Below, piece after piece: positions 48,920 through 58,766 of a stretch of 64,000 bases of DNA; the stretch's first letter is position 1, and each line of letters starts with the position of its first letter. The stretch lies in the sequence record MH992122.1. One strand, given 5' to 3'. The notes under the pieces are model-generated. The model was not told the origin of the DNA, did no database searches, and saw only the letters and a program-made list of their open reading frames with translations. Made by a program: the position numbers and the translations under genes. This stretch comes from Escherichia phage OLB35.

Positions 48920-49179
48920 TTAAAATATTCTCGTAGTTGGTCAAATCCACCAATGTGACTTCCGTCAGGAGCAAACACTTGAGGCATAGTCAATCCAACT
49001 TGTGATTCACGTCCAAGCTTAACCAGAAGCTCAGCAATTTTCTCATCGTCGAACACACCTTTTTCCGGCATAACATTAATGAATTCGAATGGCTGTTTCT
49101 TAACAGTCAGCAATCGTTTCGCATTATCACAATAAATGCATTTATGAATAGTAGAGTCATACCCGTACACTTTAAACAT
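48916..49179 (-). CDS. nrdC: thioredoxin/glutaredoxin NrdC
   Basis: ORF trimmed to ATG at 49177-49179 (MFKVYGYDSTIHKCIYCDNAKRLL...), 87 aa as in T4. Confidence 0.9.
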   Translation of the reverse strand: MFKVYGYDSTIHKCIYCDNAKRLLTVKKQPFEFINVMPEKGVFDDEKIAELLVKLGRESQVGLTMPQVFAPDGSHIGGFDQLREYFK

Positions 49180-49585
49180 TATTTTTCCTTTCATCGATTA
49201 AATATGCAATGCCAAATACAATACATGTAATAAAACCTGTGATACAGATAGAAACCAACAACACTGTACCAAAGAACCAAATCAAGTTATCTTTAGTAGT
49301 TTGTTTGATATCCATCTCACGAATTTCTATAGCTATCGTATCACCTTTATTCAGAAGCGTATAAAACGATGGCGATACACACCTGTCAAAAACTCGTCCT
49401 TGCTCATCTTTATAGACTGCAATAAATTCTAATTTAGAATATTTTCCTGTAGATTGGCCTGAGATTAATTCCACTACCTCCACAGGAATTACTTTAGTTT
49501 CCATGTAAGTATTCTGACTGTTCCAAATGAATGGAATAATAGCAAAAACTAAAGCTGCGATAAAACAACGAAGGCTATATCTCAT
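49172..49585 (-). CDS. hypothetical membrane protein
   Basis: 137 aa with N- and C-terminal hydrophobic segments. Confidence 0.5.
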   Translation of the reverse strand: MRYSLRCFIAALVFAIIPFIWNSQNTYMETKVIPVEVVELISGQSTGKYSKLEFIAVYKDEQGRVFDRCVSPSFYTLLNKGDTIAIEIREMDIKQTTKDNLIWFFGTVLLVSICITGFITCIVFGIAYLIDERKNNV

Positions 49586-49890
49586 TATAATGTTCTCTCA
49601 AATTTGTGGAAGCATTTACGGCATTTCAATTTCAAGTTATCAGTGGTCCAGTTAACCAGTTGGACCTGGATAGTTCCACATTCCGGGCATGGATGTTTTG
49701 CTGCTGATTTGGCAGCATTTTCACGTCGTTCAACCATTTTCATTATTTCGTTCCATGCTGGAGGAACGAACTCTTCTTCACCGTGGATTTTATCTCGCTG
49801 AACAAATTCAATCTTTGAACTATCGTCAATAAACTTAGCCAAGCCATGATTAGTGCTCATATCAATATCCTCTAAAAGACGTAGTTTCAT
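49585..49890 (-). CDS. zinc-ribbon protein
   Basis: 101 aa; CPEC...CRKC. Confidence 0.5.
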   Translation of the reverse strand: MKLRLLEDIDMSTNHGLAKFIDDSSKIEFVQRDKIHGEEEFVPPAWNEIMKMVERRENAAKSAAKHPCPECGTIQVQLVNWTTDNLKLKCRKCFHKFERTL

Positions 49891-50840
49891 TATAACACCT
49901 CAATGGCATTTCGTAAACCGTCCGCTTTCGCATTCAGAGCTTTTAACGATTTAGTTTGTTCTTTAATCTGGGCTTCGACTTCTTTCAGACGAGATTTGAG
50001 GTACTCACGTTCTTCTCTCAAGTTGTCAACTTTTTCTACTTTAGGTTCTTTAATAGTCTTAAGTTTATACTCGTTAGGGTTCTTCAGCTTAATTCGGGTG
50101 CGAGAACTGTATAACATTGAACCGTTATCTTCGGATTCGTCGAACGTTTCAACAACATCCATAGTCTCTAACAATGTAATAAGTTTATAAGACAATGAAC
50201 GAACGGTTTTGTTATGCTTATTAATTTCTTCAGCTTTCATGGTACCGAGATTACGTGAGTAGTAATAAGGAACCTGGATATCAATTGATAATGATGCGTT
50301 ACCATTACCGGTCGGTTTGAATACTGCAGTAACCCAATCTTTAACATGAACTTTATTTGTACGACCATCACCGCCCGTGAATAATTTACGAGAATGTTTA
50401 AAAAGCATATTCACTTGGTTATTGAATTCACAAGCAAATTTATCAGCAAATTTAGTTTCAGGAATGGTAGATAACCAATCAGCCAAATGAGTCTTTTTAA
50501 CATCATTAACAATAGTGAATTCAACCAAATCGGTTTTAGATGTCACAGATTTAATAAAGCTCGGCTTCATAAAGTTTTTAATGTTATCGCGAGCTACAGT
50601 AGAAGATAATAAACGAGAACGTTTGAACCATTGAAGCAGTGTCCCTAATGAATGAGAATATGCATTCTGAGTATCTTTACAGATATGATTTTCTTGGCCT
50701 GTGTATGTACCAAAATCGCGAAGAATACCACTTACTACATCTCGGTGTGGAACATCAAATCCTAGTGCACCAGAAGCGCGCTGAGCATGAACGTTAGCGA
50801 TAAGACCGGCAAAGTATTCAATGTAATGTGAACGTGTCAT
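49890..50840 (-). CDS. hypothetical protein with C-terminal coiled coil
   Basis: 316-aa ORF; ATG at 50838-50840; own early promoter. Confidence 0.55.
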   Translation of the reverse strand: MTRSHYIEYFAGLIANVHAQRASGALGFDVPHRDVVSGILRDFGTYTGQENHICKDTQNAYSHSLGTLLQWFKRSRLLSSTVARDNIKNFMKPSFIKSVTSKTDLVEFTIVNDVKKTHLADWLSTIPETKFADKFACEFNNQVNMLFKHSRKLFTGGDGRTNKVHVKDWVTAVFKPTGNGNASLSIDIQVPYYYSRNLGTMKAEEINKHNKTVRSLSYKLITLLETMDVVETFDESEDNGSMLYSSRTRIKLKNPNEYKLKTIKEPKVEKVDNLREEREYLKSRLKEVEAQIKEQTKSLKALNAKADGLRNAIEVL

Positions 50841-50868
50841 AATATTTTCCTCTAGTTAAGATAGATTC

Positions 50869-50898
50869 ATTATACTCCAACCATCCTTGGTTGTAAAC
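50869..50898 (-). promoter_or_regulatory. T4-type early promoter
   Basis: -35 GTTTAC (50893-50898), spacer aaccaaggatggttggag, -10 TATAAT (50869-50874). Confidence 0.5.
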
Positions 50899-50902
50899 TA
50901 TT

Positions 50903-51862
50903 TTATGATTTTAATGCATTCATTGCGTTAAAAAGTTTAGAATACTGCAACTGGAGATTCGTTACAACACTTTGAGCATCACGAAGCTTAGCTTGTGCTT
51001 TGTCAAGTTCAACAGACAGTTGGTCCATAGTGGCCTTGATTTGATTGTAATGGTAATCTTCGACCGGAAGAAGGTCATTAGAAACATTTAGTTTTACTGC
51101 AGACAGTTTGCACACATTTGGCAAACCTTTAAACATTGATTTACCCGAAGTAGAATATGAACCTAGAACTTCAGCATTACCAATTGGGGTTGCAGTAATT
51201 GACGCTTCAAATGTTGCATTTTCCTTTTTAAGATTTTGATAGTATTCAGAGTCTTTGTGCCACCACGGCGCAGGAACCTTTTTACCAATAGATACACGAG
51301 CCTGGATAGCGATATGGCCCTTATTCTTGATAGGGTCGATAATATTAAGCTCACGAGAATAAATTGCTTTAATCTGGTGGATATTATCACCTAAAACTTC
51401 CAACGCTTGGTGGAATACACGAGCAACGTTATCATTCTTAGGTTTATACGTAAGAGTGAACTCGTTCTCACTGATAACCATGATTTCTAACTTATCGTAA
51501 GTATATTTCAAATGTTTCATGTTAATTGCTTGAGGACGAATACGAGAAGCAATGGCCATCAGATTGTTAAGGTTATTCCGGAACTGCTTAGCGAAATATT
51601 GACCTTCACCGCCAATACAAAAATTACGAAGTTTCTGTTTGGCCAATAAACGGCTGAACTCACCATTTTTAATGAACTCTTTAACGGGTGTGTTAGTAAC
51701 GCATTCAAATTGGGTAAACATACGAGAAGTAATCCCATAATATGAACAGATTTCCTCAATCTCTTCAGGAGTCTTTACAGGCATACGGATAGGATTAGGT
51801 CCTGGAGTATATGCGTTCGAGGTAAATTCTTTGATAAGTTCTCTACGTGTAATAAAAGCCAT
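50903..51862 (-). CDS. hypothetical protein with C-terminal coiled coil
   Basis: 319-aa ORF; ATG at 51860-51862. Confidence 0.55.
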   Translation of the reverse strand: MAFITRRELIKEFTSNAYTPGPNPIRMPVKTPEEIEEICSYYGITSRMFTQFECVTNTPVKEFIKNGEFSRLLAKQKLRNFCIGGEGQYFAKQFRNNLNNLMAIASRIRPQAINMKHLKYTYDKLEIMVISENEFTLTYKPKNDNVARVFHQALEVLGDNIHQIKAIYSRELNIIDPIKNKGHIAIQARVSIGKKVPAPWWHKDSEYYQNLKKENATFEASITATPIGNAEVLGSYSTSGKSMFKGLPNVCKLSAVKLNVSNDLLPVEDYHYNQIKATMDQLSVELDKAQAKLRDAQSVVTNLQLQYSKLFNAMNALKS

Positions 51863-51888
51863 TTTATATTCCTCATGTTGAAAAATTT

Positions 51889-51918
51889 ATTATACTCCAA
51901 CCATCCTTGGTTGTACAT
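51889..51918 (-). promoter_or_regulatory. T4-type early promoter
   Basis: -10 TATAAT (51889-51894), same spacer as at 50869, -35 ATGTAC (51913-51918). Confidence 0.45.
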
Positions 51919-52913
51919 CATTCCTTAAGAAGTTTTACTACTTGAATAAGATTAGCTCGTTCTGTTTTATTTTTACCGTTTAAGCCTGCTAATCGTGAGA
52001 TTTCATCGTCAGTCTGTTGAATAGTTACATTAAGTTCGTTAATCAAAGCTTCAAAGTATTTGATTTGCTCAGCATGTTTTGATTCAAATTTCTGAACAGG
52101 AATAACATCTTGGTTCAGTTCATCAATAAGGTCTTTAAGAGCATCTTCTTGGTTGATATCATATTCAACTTCTTTTATTTCTTCAACGAGCTCGTCTTTA
52201 TATCTAACGTCTTTTAGTCCTGGAGCTGGTCCTGAAATCTCTTCTTTAAGAGTACAAACATACCCAATACGGTATCCAATGCCGTCTCGCTTGATATCAA
52301 CTTCGTCGATAAATCCACAATGTTTAAGACCAGAGCCGATTATGTCAAAATATCCTTGACGTCGTCCTTCAAACGTTACACGAACTACTAAGACAGTTTT
52401 ACCACCAACCTTTTGAAGCTCACATTTATAAAAGTCTGTTGAACCTGAATAACGTGGATGAGTTTTAAAGTTCATCTGACGATCTAGGCCCATTTGTAAA
52501 CGTGCTGTTACGGCCATAAAACGTGTTTGGTTCTCGTTAAGATGAGCAACAATCCATTTCAAAGGCATTTTACACTGTTCACGACCGAACAAATCAGTAC
52601 GTCCTAGATTACGCAGGATATTGTTAGAGTTAATCATCGACAGAACGTTAAGTTTATTCAGCGCGCTGAAGATTCCATCAGCCATTGATTTTCCATAACC
52701 TTTACACGCTTTAATAAGTGCTCGCGGCAGATTAGTATAGATTTCAGACGGCATATGAAAATCAAATTTACTAGTCAGTAATTGATGAACTTGGATAGCA
52801 ATTTGCTCGTAATTAAGTGCTCTGCGATCATTATGGTCTTTAAACCACACTTTAATCTGTGAAGCACATAAACCGTTAATTTCATGTTTTACCGCATCAG
52901 ATGTAATACTCAT
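51918..52913 (-). CDS. hypothetical protein with C-terminal coiled coil
   Basis: 331-aa ORF. Confidence 0.55.
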   Translation of the reverse strand: MSITSDAVKHEINGLCASQIKVWFKDHNDRRALNYEQIAIQVHQLLTSKFDFHMPSEIYTNLPRALIKACKGYGKSMADGIFSALNKLNVLSMINSNNILRNLGRTDLFGREQCKMPLKWIVAHLNENQTRFMAVTARLQMGLDRQMNFKTHPRYSGSTDFYKCELQKVGGKTVLVVRVTFEGRRQGYFDIIGSGLKHCGFIDEVDIKRDGIGYRIGYVCTLKEEISGPAPGLKDVRYKDELVEEIKEVEYDINQEDALKDLIDELNQDVIPVQKFESKHAEQIKYFEALINELNVTIQQTDDEISRLAGLNGKNKTERANLIQVVKLLKE

Positions 52914-52975
52914 AACTATTTCCTCAGATTGAATTGGAACTCAAAACCATTATAACCCGTCCTTGGGTAAAGCGT

Positions 52976-53503
52976 TTATGCGTGAACCGTCTTTAAACGT
53001 TCTTCAAATTTCCGAAGAGTACTAATACGTTCTGCTTTCTGTTTTGTATAGTTTGCAATACGTTCTGAAGTGAGAGCGTATCGTTCGTTTACTGTTTCTT
53101 TCATGAAGTCAGGGATTTCACGAGAAGCTTTAATTTCATCAAACTTGTCGAGTACTGCCTGGTCTTCAGCGATTAAATTTTCGTACATCTCGATATCTTT
53201 CTTGATAAACTCGATATCTTCCTGGGTTACTTTGGATAAACGAGACGCTTTATCCTTTTTGTACTGCTCGTTAGTTTCACGAGACCAGAATAATGTACGT
53301 TTTTTGTTAGTGTTTTTGTAGACTTCCACAATTCCAACTGAATCGATGATAACAATCCAATTCCAGCGAGATTTGAAAATCTGACCTCCGTCCACGGTAA
53401 TCTCGTTATCATAAGCAACGTCATTAAAGAACTTGCTTTGTGCTTCAGATTTAAATTTACCGTCGTTATAATTTACCAGGTTGAAAATATCTTTAGCGTT
53501 CAT
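52976..53503 (-). CDS. hypothetical protein
   Basis: 175-aa ORF. Confidence 0.5.
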   Translation of the reverse strand: MNAKDIFNLVNYNDGKFKSEAQSKFFNDVAYDNEITVDGGQIFKSRWNWIVIIDSVGIVEVYKNTNKKRTLFWSRETNEQYKKDKASRLSKVTQEDIEFIKKDIEMYENLIAEDQAVLDKFDEIKASREIPDFMKETVNERYALTSERIANYTKQKAERISTLRKFEERLKTVHA

Positions 53504-53530
53504 GTTTTACCTCCAGTAGTTGATAGGTCT

Positions 53531-53559
53531 ATAATAACATAACCATAGACCTTGTAAAC
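53531..53559 (-). promoter_or_regulatory. T4-type early promoter
   Basis: -35 GTTTAC (53554-53559), 17-bp spacer, -10 TATTAT (53531-53536), motif gataggtctataataac. Confidence 0.5.
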
Positions 53560-53561
53560 AA

Positions 53562-53849
53562 CTAAAAGAAACTTTTTTCAGTATTTTTTCCACTGAACCA
53601 AACAGACTTCGGGATTTTTTGTAATTTTTCAGACTTAAGTTTCTCTTCCTGTTCTTTCTTATATACTCCCTTGTCGTACTGGAGCATCTCTAGGGCATTC
53701 TTTTGCAAACGATCTAAGGTAATTAAGGCTTTAGTTTTTCCTTTCAAGGAAGAGTCCTGGCGAACTTCCTCGCTATATTGCATCGTAGAACTAACCATAC
53801 GATGTGCATACAGTTCGACTGCGGCTTTGATTTTTTGCATAAAATCCAT
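53562..53849 (-). CDS. hypothetical protein
   Basis: 95-aa ORF. Confidence 0.45.
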   Translation of the reverse strand: MDFMQKIKAAVELYAHRMVSSTMQYSEEVRQDSSLKGKTKALITLDRLQKNALEMLQYDKGVYKKEQEEKLKSEKLQKIPKSVWFSGKNTEKSFF

Positions 53850-53987
53850 AACATATCCTCTTTGATTTGTACATCATTATTTTTAAATATTTCTATGCCC
53901 TCAGTAGGTTCCTGGTGTCCTTCTTTGAGGTAAGCCATATGGTTATTAATCTTTATGGCTTTTGTTACCTCAGGACTTCCTGTAAGC

Positions 53988-54968
53988 TTATTTCAGTAAA
54001 GTTACTTCAGAGATTTCCTCCCAACCATCTTTATCAGTTGAAATAAAATCTGCTACATAAAGAGCCGTACGTAATGATACATTGCGAAGACGAGATACGT
54101 TAGCCTTCATCCAGGACAATGCTTTGTACGTTTCAGCATCAGTCAAGCCACGTTTCTGCATCATGTCAGTAGATAATATTACATCTTCAACTCGAACCAT
54201 AATCTCTTCATTAGAGTGTACTCCAAGGTCCAAATACACTGAACGAGATACTAAAGCTTGAAGGTGTGGAGCAAGTTTCGAACCGCGTTCTAACTCTTTA
54301 TCAATATCAACGTTTGTAATGAAAACGATAGTACCTTCAAACTCAAATTCTTTATCGATACCCTTATCATCGAGATAAGATGACGCAGTGCTCCAGCAAA
54401 CTTTGCGTTTATCACCAGTATCTAATGCTGCTTTAAGAAGGTTCAAGATGTCCATATCCGAGAATACGTCAACGTCGTCGATTAAGAGAACGCTGTCTGC
54501 ATCACGGTTGAGCCAAAGTTGTTCGTAAAGGCCAATACCAGAGATTTTACCATTAATGCTTTTGTATTTGATGAAACCGTTATCATTAGCATTATTAAGT
54601 GCTTTATCCAGAGAATACGTCTTACCAATACCGGCTGCACCTGAAATAATGAGTGAACGAATTTTGCCATCGATAATACCATTCGTCATCATGTTCATTA
54701 CTTTAAAGCGTTTGTTGATACGAGTTTTCATATCTTCAGTGCTTTCAACAACTGCAACTGGTGATGTCTCAACTCCTTCCATTACGATGTCTGATTTGAA
54801 GACCCATACTCCACGTTCAGAACCATCAATCATAACGAAAATTTTACCGTCACCTAAGTGGGAACATTCAGGATTAAGCTTTGCCGGGAACCATGTCTTT
54901 GTGGCAACATAAGAACCAGAGATTTCGTTATTACGATAGATACCTTTTTTGATTTGAACGTTGAACAT
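53988..54968 (-). CDS. P-loop ATPase (AAA-like) with N-terminal extra domain
   Basis: ORF trimmed to ATG at 54966-54968 with GGAGAATAAA RBS; Walker A GAAGIGKTY, Walker B LLIDDVD. Confidence 0.6.
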   Translation of the reverse strand: MFNVQIKKGIYRNNEISGSYVATKTWFPAKLNPECSHLGDGKIFVMIDGSERGVWVFKSDIVMEGVETSPVAVVESTEDMKTRINKRFKVMNMMTNGIIDGKIRSLIISGAAGIGKTYSLDKALNNANDNGFIKYKSINGKISGIGLYEQLWLNRDADSVLLIDDVDVFSDMDILNLLKAALDTGDKRKVCWSTASSYLDDKGIDKEFEFEGTIVFITNVDIDKELERGSKLAPHLQALVSRSVYLDLGVHSNEEIMVRVEDVILSTDMMQKRGLTDAETYKALSWMKANVSRLRNVSLRTALYVADFISTDKDGWEEISEVTLLK

Positions 54969-55007
54969 TTTATTCTCCAAATTTACTCATTTCGTTTCGA
55001 TAGGTCT

Positions 55008-55036
55008 ATAATAACATGTTTAAAGCAAAAGTAAAC
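55008..55036 (-). promoter_or_regulatory. T4-type early promoter
   Basis: -35 GTTTAC (55031-55036), 17-bp spacer, -10 TATTAT (55008-55013). Confidence 0.5.
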
Positions 55037-55038
55037 AA

Positions 55039-55257
55039 TTATTTGCGACGAGATTTTTTGGTAAGAGGTTGAAAGAACACTGCTTTACCGGCAGGAGTCA
55101 AAGTGACTCGTAATGCATTACCGATTCCCAAGGATGCTTTAACCAGACCTTTAGATTTCAGTTCACCGAATGCTTGACGTTGGTCTGCATTACGAGTGTT
55201 AACCATAAGACCTTTATCACCAGCTTCACGAATCATTTCTAGCATTTTGGTTTTCAT
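55039..55257 (-). CDS. small basic protein, possible DNA-binding
   Basis: ORF trimmed to ATG at 55255-55257 (MKTKMLEMIREAG...) with GAGGAG RBS; the listed longer start would include the promoter. Confidence 0.5.
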   Translation of the reverse strand: MKTKMLEMIREAGDKGLMVNTRNADQRQAFGELKSKGLVKASLGIGNALRVTLTPAGKAVFFQPLTKKSRRK

Positions 55258-55288
55258 TTTGTTTTCTCCTCTTGTTTTGATAGGTCCT

Positions 55289-55317
55289 ATAATAACATAT
55301 CCTAAAAGCATGTACAC
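55289..55317 (-). promoter_or_regulatory. T4-type early promoter
   Basis: -35 GTGTAC (55312-55317), 17-bp spacer, -10 TATTAT (55289-55294). Confidence 0.45.
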
Positions 55318-55363
55318 TACTTTTTAAAAATATTTTGACCCCTAAAGGGCCCGAAGGCCCTTA

Positions 55364-56353
55364 TCATTTATAGTATGAATTATGATTTTCGAGATAGACT
55401 TGCTCAAGGAAATCATCCCAGAAACTCATATCTACCTTTTGTTGCATACCGTTCTTAGCGGCTTGTTCTGACGCGTGTTCAACTTGGTCAACGATATCTT
55501 CTAGGAATTCTTGTACAGTTTTAAACGTATGTTTACCAAGCTTAACATCGAGAATAAATGGAGCATCCTGAAGTGGGTAAACCAGGTCGCCGGTTTTGTA
55601 AATTTCCAATAATTGAAGTCCACCACGACACGCATGACTCAATGCTTTCCAGTCAATACCTTCATTGGCTTCTGCCTTACGAGCACGTTCACCATAGTTC
55701 TCTTCCAGTTTAACCAGGATGGCATTGAACTCTTTATTGGTTAACGTGTCTTGGAATTTACGGTCTAACAGATTATAGAATGTTTGCTTACCTGTTTTCT
55801 CGTTTTCGGTTTCAACCCACGAAGCAAATTCACCTATAGGCAGAACATTCTTCATATGTGATAAACGAATTACTGCACCGTTATCAAAGTATTGTCCCCA
55901 TTCATTAGAACGTTTAAGGGCTTGACGAAGAACAGCCAGTCGAGAACCCTTGACGCCATATTTAGAAGCTTGCTTACGGACATACCCTAAATAAGATTTC
56001 ATGTTAGTGGTATAGAAACGAGACCTGTTATCTTGAATATACTTCCATACATCAGGCAAATCAGATTTAACTACTAGACTTGGTGGAGTGTGAAGCATAT
56101 CTAATGCGACGGTTTCACCATCAGCAGCTAGTTTAAAGAAATATTTGAGACTATACAACTCATGGTCCACGTCGTCTTTTGTGTTCTTAGAAGATGTGTT
56201 ATTCGTGTTCTTGCTCATATGTTCTTTAACGTTACCGGTCAAGATATCACGAGCATGAGGGACATAAATTTCTTTAAAATCGACGTCAGATTCAGGAGTA
56301 GACGTTCCATAAAGGTGGCTACCAAAGTAGCCTTTCATAATTGTTTTCATCAT
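55364..56353 (-). CDS. Pol-beta-superfamily nucleotidyltransferase-fold protein
   Basis: 329 aa; N-terminal GSHLYGTSTPESDVD matches the GS-x(9-13)-D-h-D NTase motif; UUCG-type hairpin directly downstream (55345-55362). Confidence 0.55.
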   Translation of the reverse strand: MMKTIMKGYFGSHLYGTSTPESDVDFKEIYVPHARDILTGNVKEHMSKNTNNTSSKNTKDDVDHELYSLKYFFKLAADGETVALDMLHTPPSLVVKSDLPDVWKYIQDNRSRFYTTNMKSYLGYVRKQASKYGVKGSRLAVLRQALKRSNEWGQYFDNGAVIRLSHMKNVLPIGEFASWVETENEKTGKQTFYNLLDRKFQDTLTNKEFNAILVKLEENYGERARKAEANEGIDWKALSHACRGGLQLLEIYKTGDLVYPLQDAPFILDVKLGKHTFKTVQEFLEDIVDQVEHASEQAAKNGMQQKVDMSFWDDFLEQVYLENHNSYYK

Positions 56354-56823
56354 TTAGCCTTATATTCAAGAGTAGGACAGACTTTTTCTTTACGAGCTTT
56401 AAGGTATTCACCTATTAATGATTTCTTACGTTCAATAGGCTCAAGTCCATTTTTAATTCGTTCTTGGTTTTGTGCAATGAGCTCAACTTCTTTATAATAC
56501 TTCCGCTCTCTGTATAAGTCGATTAGCCACGGTATGCCTAATACTAAAACTATAGAAATACCAACACATAATGCAATGAATAAAACACCTACACCAATTG
56601 AGGCCGGAACCAATGTCCATAAACTACTAAAGACAAAGAATTTAGTTAAAATTTCCTGGCCAACGATTGTGGCCGCTGCTAAAATCGCAAATCCAATAAT
56701 CGAAACAAACAATACCGGGAGAAACGTTTTCCAAAAATAAGCACACAACGTTTTCGGACGATTCCATGTACTATTAAACGCGGCATAAATTTTAAAGTGC
56801 CAAGAGTTTTCATTGATAATCAT
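56350..56823 (-). CDS. hypothetical membrane protein
   Basis: 157 aa with about three TM segments. Confidence 0.5.
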   Translation of the reverse strand: MIINENSWHFKIYAAFNSTWNRPKTLCAYFWKTFLPVLFVSIIGFAILAAATIVGQEILTKFFVFSSLWTLVPASIGVGVLFIALCVGISIVLVLGIPWLIDLYRERKYYKEVELIAQNQERIKNGLEPIERKKSLIGEYLKARKEKVCPTLEYKAK

Positions 56824-56832
56824 AATAATTCC

Positions 56833-57363
56833 TTATTTCAAAGTTGGGATAATAGAATCGAGATAAGCTTTAAGAGCAACTGCTTCATCTTTGTCTAATG
56901 TAACGATATGTTGACGAAGGTCATCAATTTGACGAATAACTACAACATCGCCATCTTCATAAGAAGGATTAACGCCTAGGACCGTTGTATAGTCAGGGCG
57001 GTCCTGATTTGTAATAAAAGCATTACGGCATTTAGCCCATTGAAGTTTGGCCTTTTTGGCTGTTTCAGATTCCATTAATTCTTTCACCTTAGTGACGAAT
57101 GTTTTCCAATTATTAATAGAAAGGCATTCATCTTCTGTTTCGATATTAACCCCACTATAAAGACCGTGATAAAAACGAACTTGAAGGTCTTCATCGATGT
57201 TAATTACAGATGCATGGCCGGGCGGATTGAGTTTCAAAATCTTGTCCAGTTCCATAGGAAGAATAGTAACAGAATCATCTTCTTGTGTCAGAACATACAC
57301 ATAACCACGTTTTTCGATACATAAATCGCCAAACAACTCGGTTGTTTCAATTACAGTTTTCAT
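56833..57363 (-). CDS. hypothetical protein
   Basis: ORF 56833-57375 (TTG) trimmed to ATG at 57361-57363. Confidence 0.5.
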   Translation of the reverse strand: MKTVIETTELFGDLCIEKRGYVYVLTQEDDSVTILPMELDKILKLNPPGHASVINIDEDLQVRFYHGLYSGVNIETEDECLSINNWKTFVTKVKELMESETAKKAKLQWAKCRNAFITNQDRPDYTTVLGVNPSYEDGDVVVIRQIDDLRQHIVTLDKDEAVALKAYLDSIIPTLK

Positions 57364-57708
57364 ATTATTCACCAATTAAAGTTTCAACAAAATTCACCAA
57401 ATCATTCAGACAAGCATCAACCTGTTTTTCATAAAAGTCTTCGTTATCATTTACTGCATGATAAGCTACATCATTCAAATCTGAATCGGCTTCACGTAAG
57501 TTACGGATAAGTTCCATCAATTTATTAGCTTGTTCACGGGTCATTTTACCATACTCGTTTCAATAAGATTCACTATGCCGTTTACCATGTTATAAGTAAA
57601 CATCGGATAATTGTATTGTACTACAACATAAGCGATAAGCAAAAGTTTCATTTTGTTCTCCGTTCGTTTTGGTAGGACTACTATAACATAATCCTACCAA
57701 GATGTAAA

Positions 57709-57945
57709 CTACCGATTGTGTTTTAAATGTTGATAAAGTTCTTCAACTTGTTTAGGGTCCAAAACAATTAGGTCATTTTCTTGACGAAGATAAATCCATC
57801 CCTTATCACCAGGTCCATTTTTACAAAACATCACCGTCGTCATATCATCATCTTCAGCGCTTTCAGGTAAAAGTTCAAGTACACCGTCTTCAGATTTTCC
57901 AGTATAATCGTAAAGCATAATATCCTCACATAATCTCGTTAACAT
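57709..57945 (-). CDS. hypothetical protein
   Basis: 78-aa acidic ORF. Confidence 0.45.
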   Translation of the reverse strand: MLTRLCEDIMLYDYTGKSEDGVLELLPESAEDDDMTTVMFCKNGPGDKGWIYLRQENDLIVLDPKQVEELYQHLKHNR

Positions 57946-58174
57946 ACATTTGCAATTCGGTGTGGGCGTCGGCCATCTTTTTCATTGCCTTATTGATATC
58001 AATATCGCCATCTTCGCACCCATGAGCATTTTCCCAATCGGATACAGAATTAGCATACTCTTCAATCAAAAACATCAACTTAGAAATCTTTTCTTTACGT
58101 GTCATAACGTTCTCCTCTAGTAAGTAAGGACTACTATAACACAACCTGAGGAGAAGTAAACTGATAATATCCAA
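57926..58174 (-). CDS. hypothetical protein
   Basis: 82-aa ORF. Confidence 0.45.
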   Translation of the reverse strand: MDIISLLLLRLCYSSPYLLEENVMTRKEKISKLMFLIEEYANSVSDWENAHGCEDGDIDINKAMKKMADAHTELQMYVNEIM

Positions 58175-58206
58175 AAAGCCCCAACCATAAGGAAGGGGCT
58201 AGTAAA

Positions 58207-58509
58207 TTAGATAGATGTAGACTCTAATTTTATTTTCATGAACTCGGCAAATTGTTTGGCAGTTTTTATGCCTTGTTCATGACATTCAAATGCATCATCA
58301 CAGGGGCTATTTTTGTAATGCTTTGCCATATACTTATAGAATTTTTCAGAGTTCTCGACATTTTGAATTTCAAACAAAGTATATACGTTTTTAATCCCTG
58401 ATTCCATAAAGTTATCAAAGTATGGGTCAACATATGCAGTACCAACGATAGGAGTTGTTGCTGCAAAAAACCCAAGCATCGCCATGACAGCTATCGCTCT
58501 TAAGGCCAT
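58207..58509 (-). CDS. rI: lysis-inhibition protein RI (antiholin)
   Basis: 100 aa with signal-anchor; ...VDPYFDNFMESGIKNVYTLFE...KNSPCDDAFEC... matches T4 RI. Confidence 0.8.
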   Translation of the reverse strand: MALRAIAVMAMLGFFAATTPIVGTAYVDPYFDNFMESGIKNVYTLFEIQNVENSEKFYKYMAKHYKNSPCDDAFECHEQGIKTAKQFAEFMKIKLESTSI

Positions 58510-58521
58510 ATAGGCCTCCTG

Positions 58522-58734
58522 TTAATTTTGGCCAGTATTTATTTTTCGCCTTTGGACGGCCTTAACATCTGCGAGGTATTTTTCCAGCTTTCGCTTGCGT
58601 GTATAATCAGCTTTAGAACCAGTTTGACGGATATCCTCGTTTAAATGAGAAATAGAATGTCCTAATTCTCTTCGGATTTCGTCCAATTGGGTTACAGTAA
58701 GATTACGAAGTTGTCTTTCGTTTAATTGCTGCAT
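58522..58734 (-). CDS. hypothetical protein
   Basis: 70-aa ORF, ATG at 58732-58734 with AAGAGG RBS; late promoter upstream. Confidence 0.5.
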   Translation of the reverse strand: MQQLNERQLRNLTVTQLDEIRRELGHSISHLNEDIRQTGSKADYTRKRKLEKYLADVKAVQRRKINTGQN

Positions 58735-58758
58735 ATATACCTCTTGGTTAGATATTAG

Positions 58759-58766
58759 TATTTATA
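58759..58766 (-). promoter_or_regulatory. late promoter TATAAATA
   Basis: plus tatttata at 58759-58766, overlapping the tk stop codon, about 25 nt upstream of the 58734 ATG. Confidence 0.45.
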
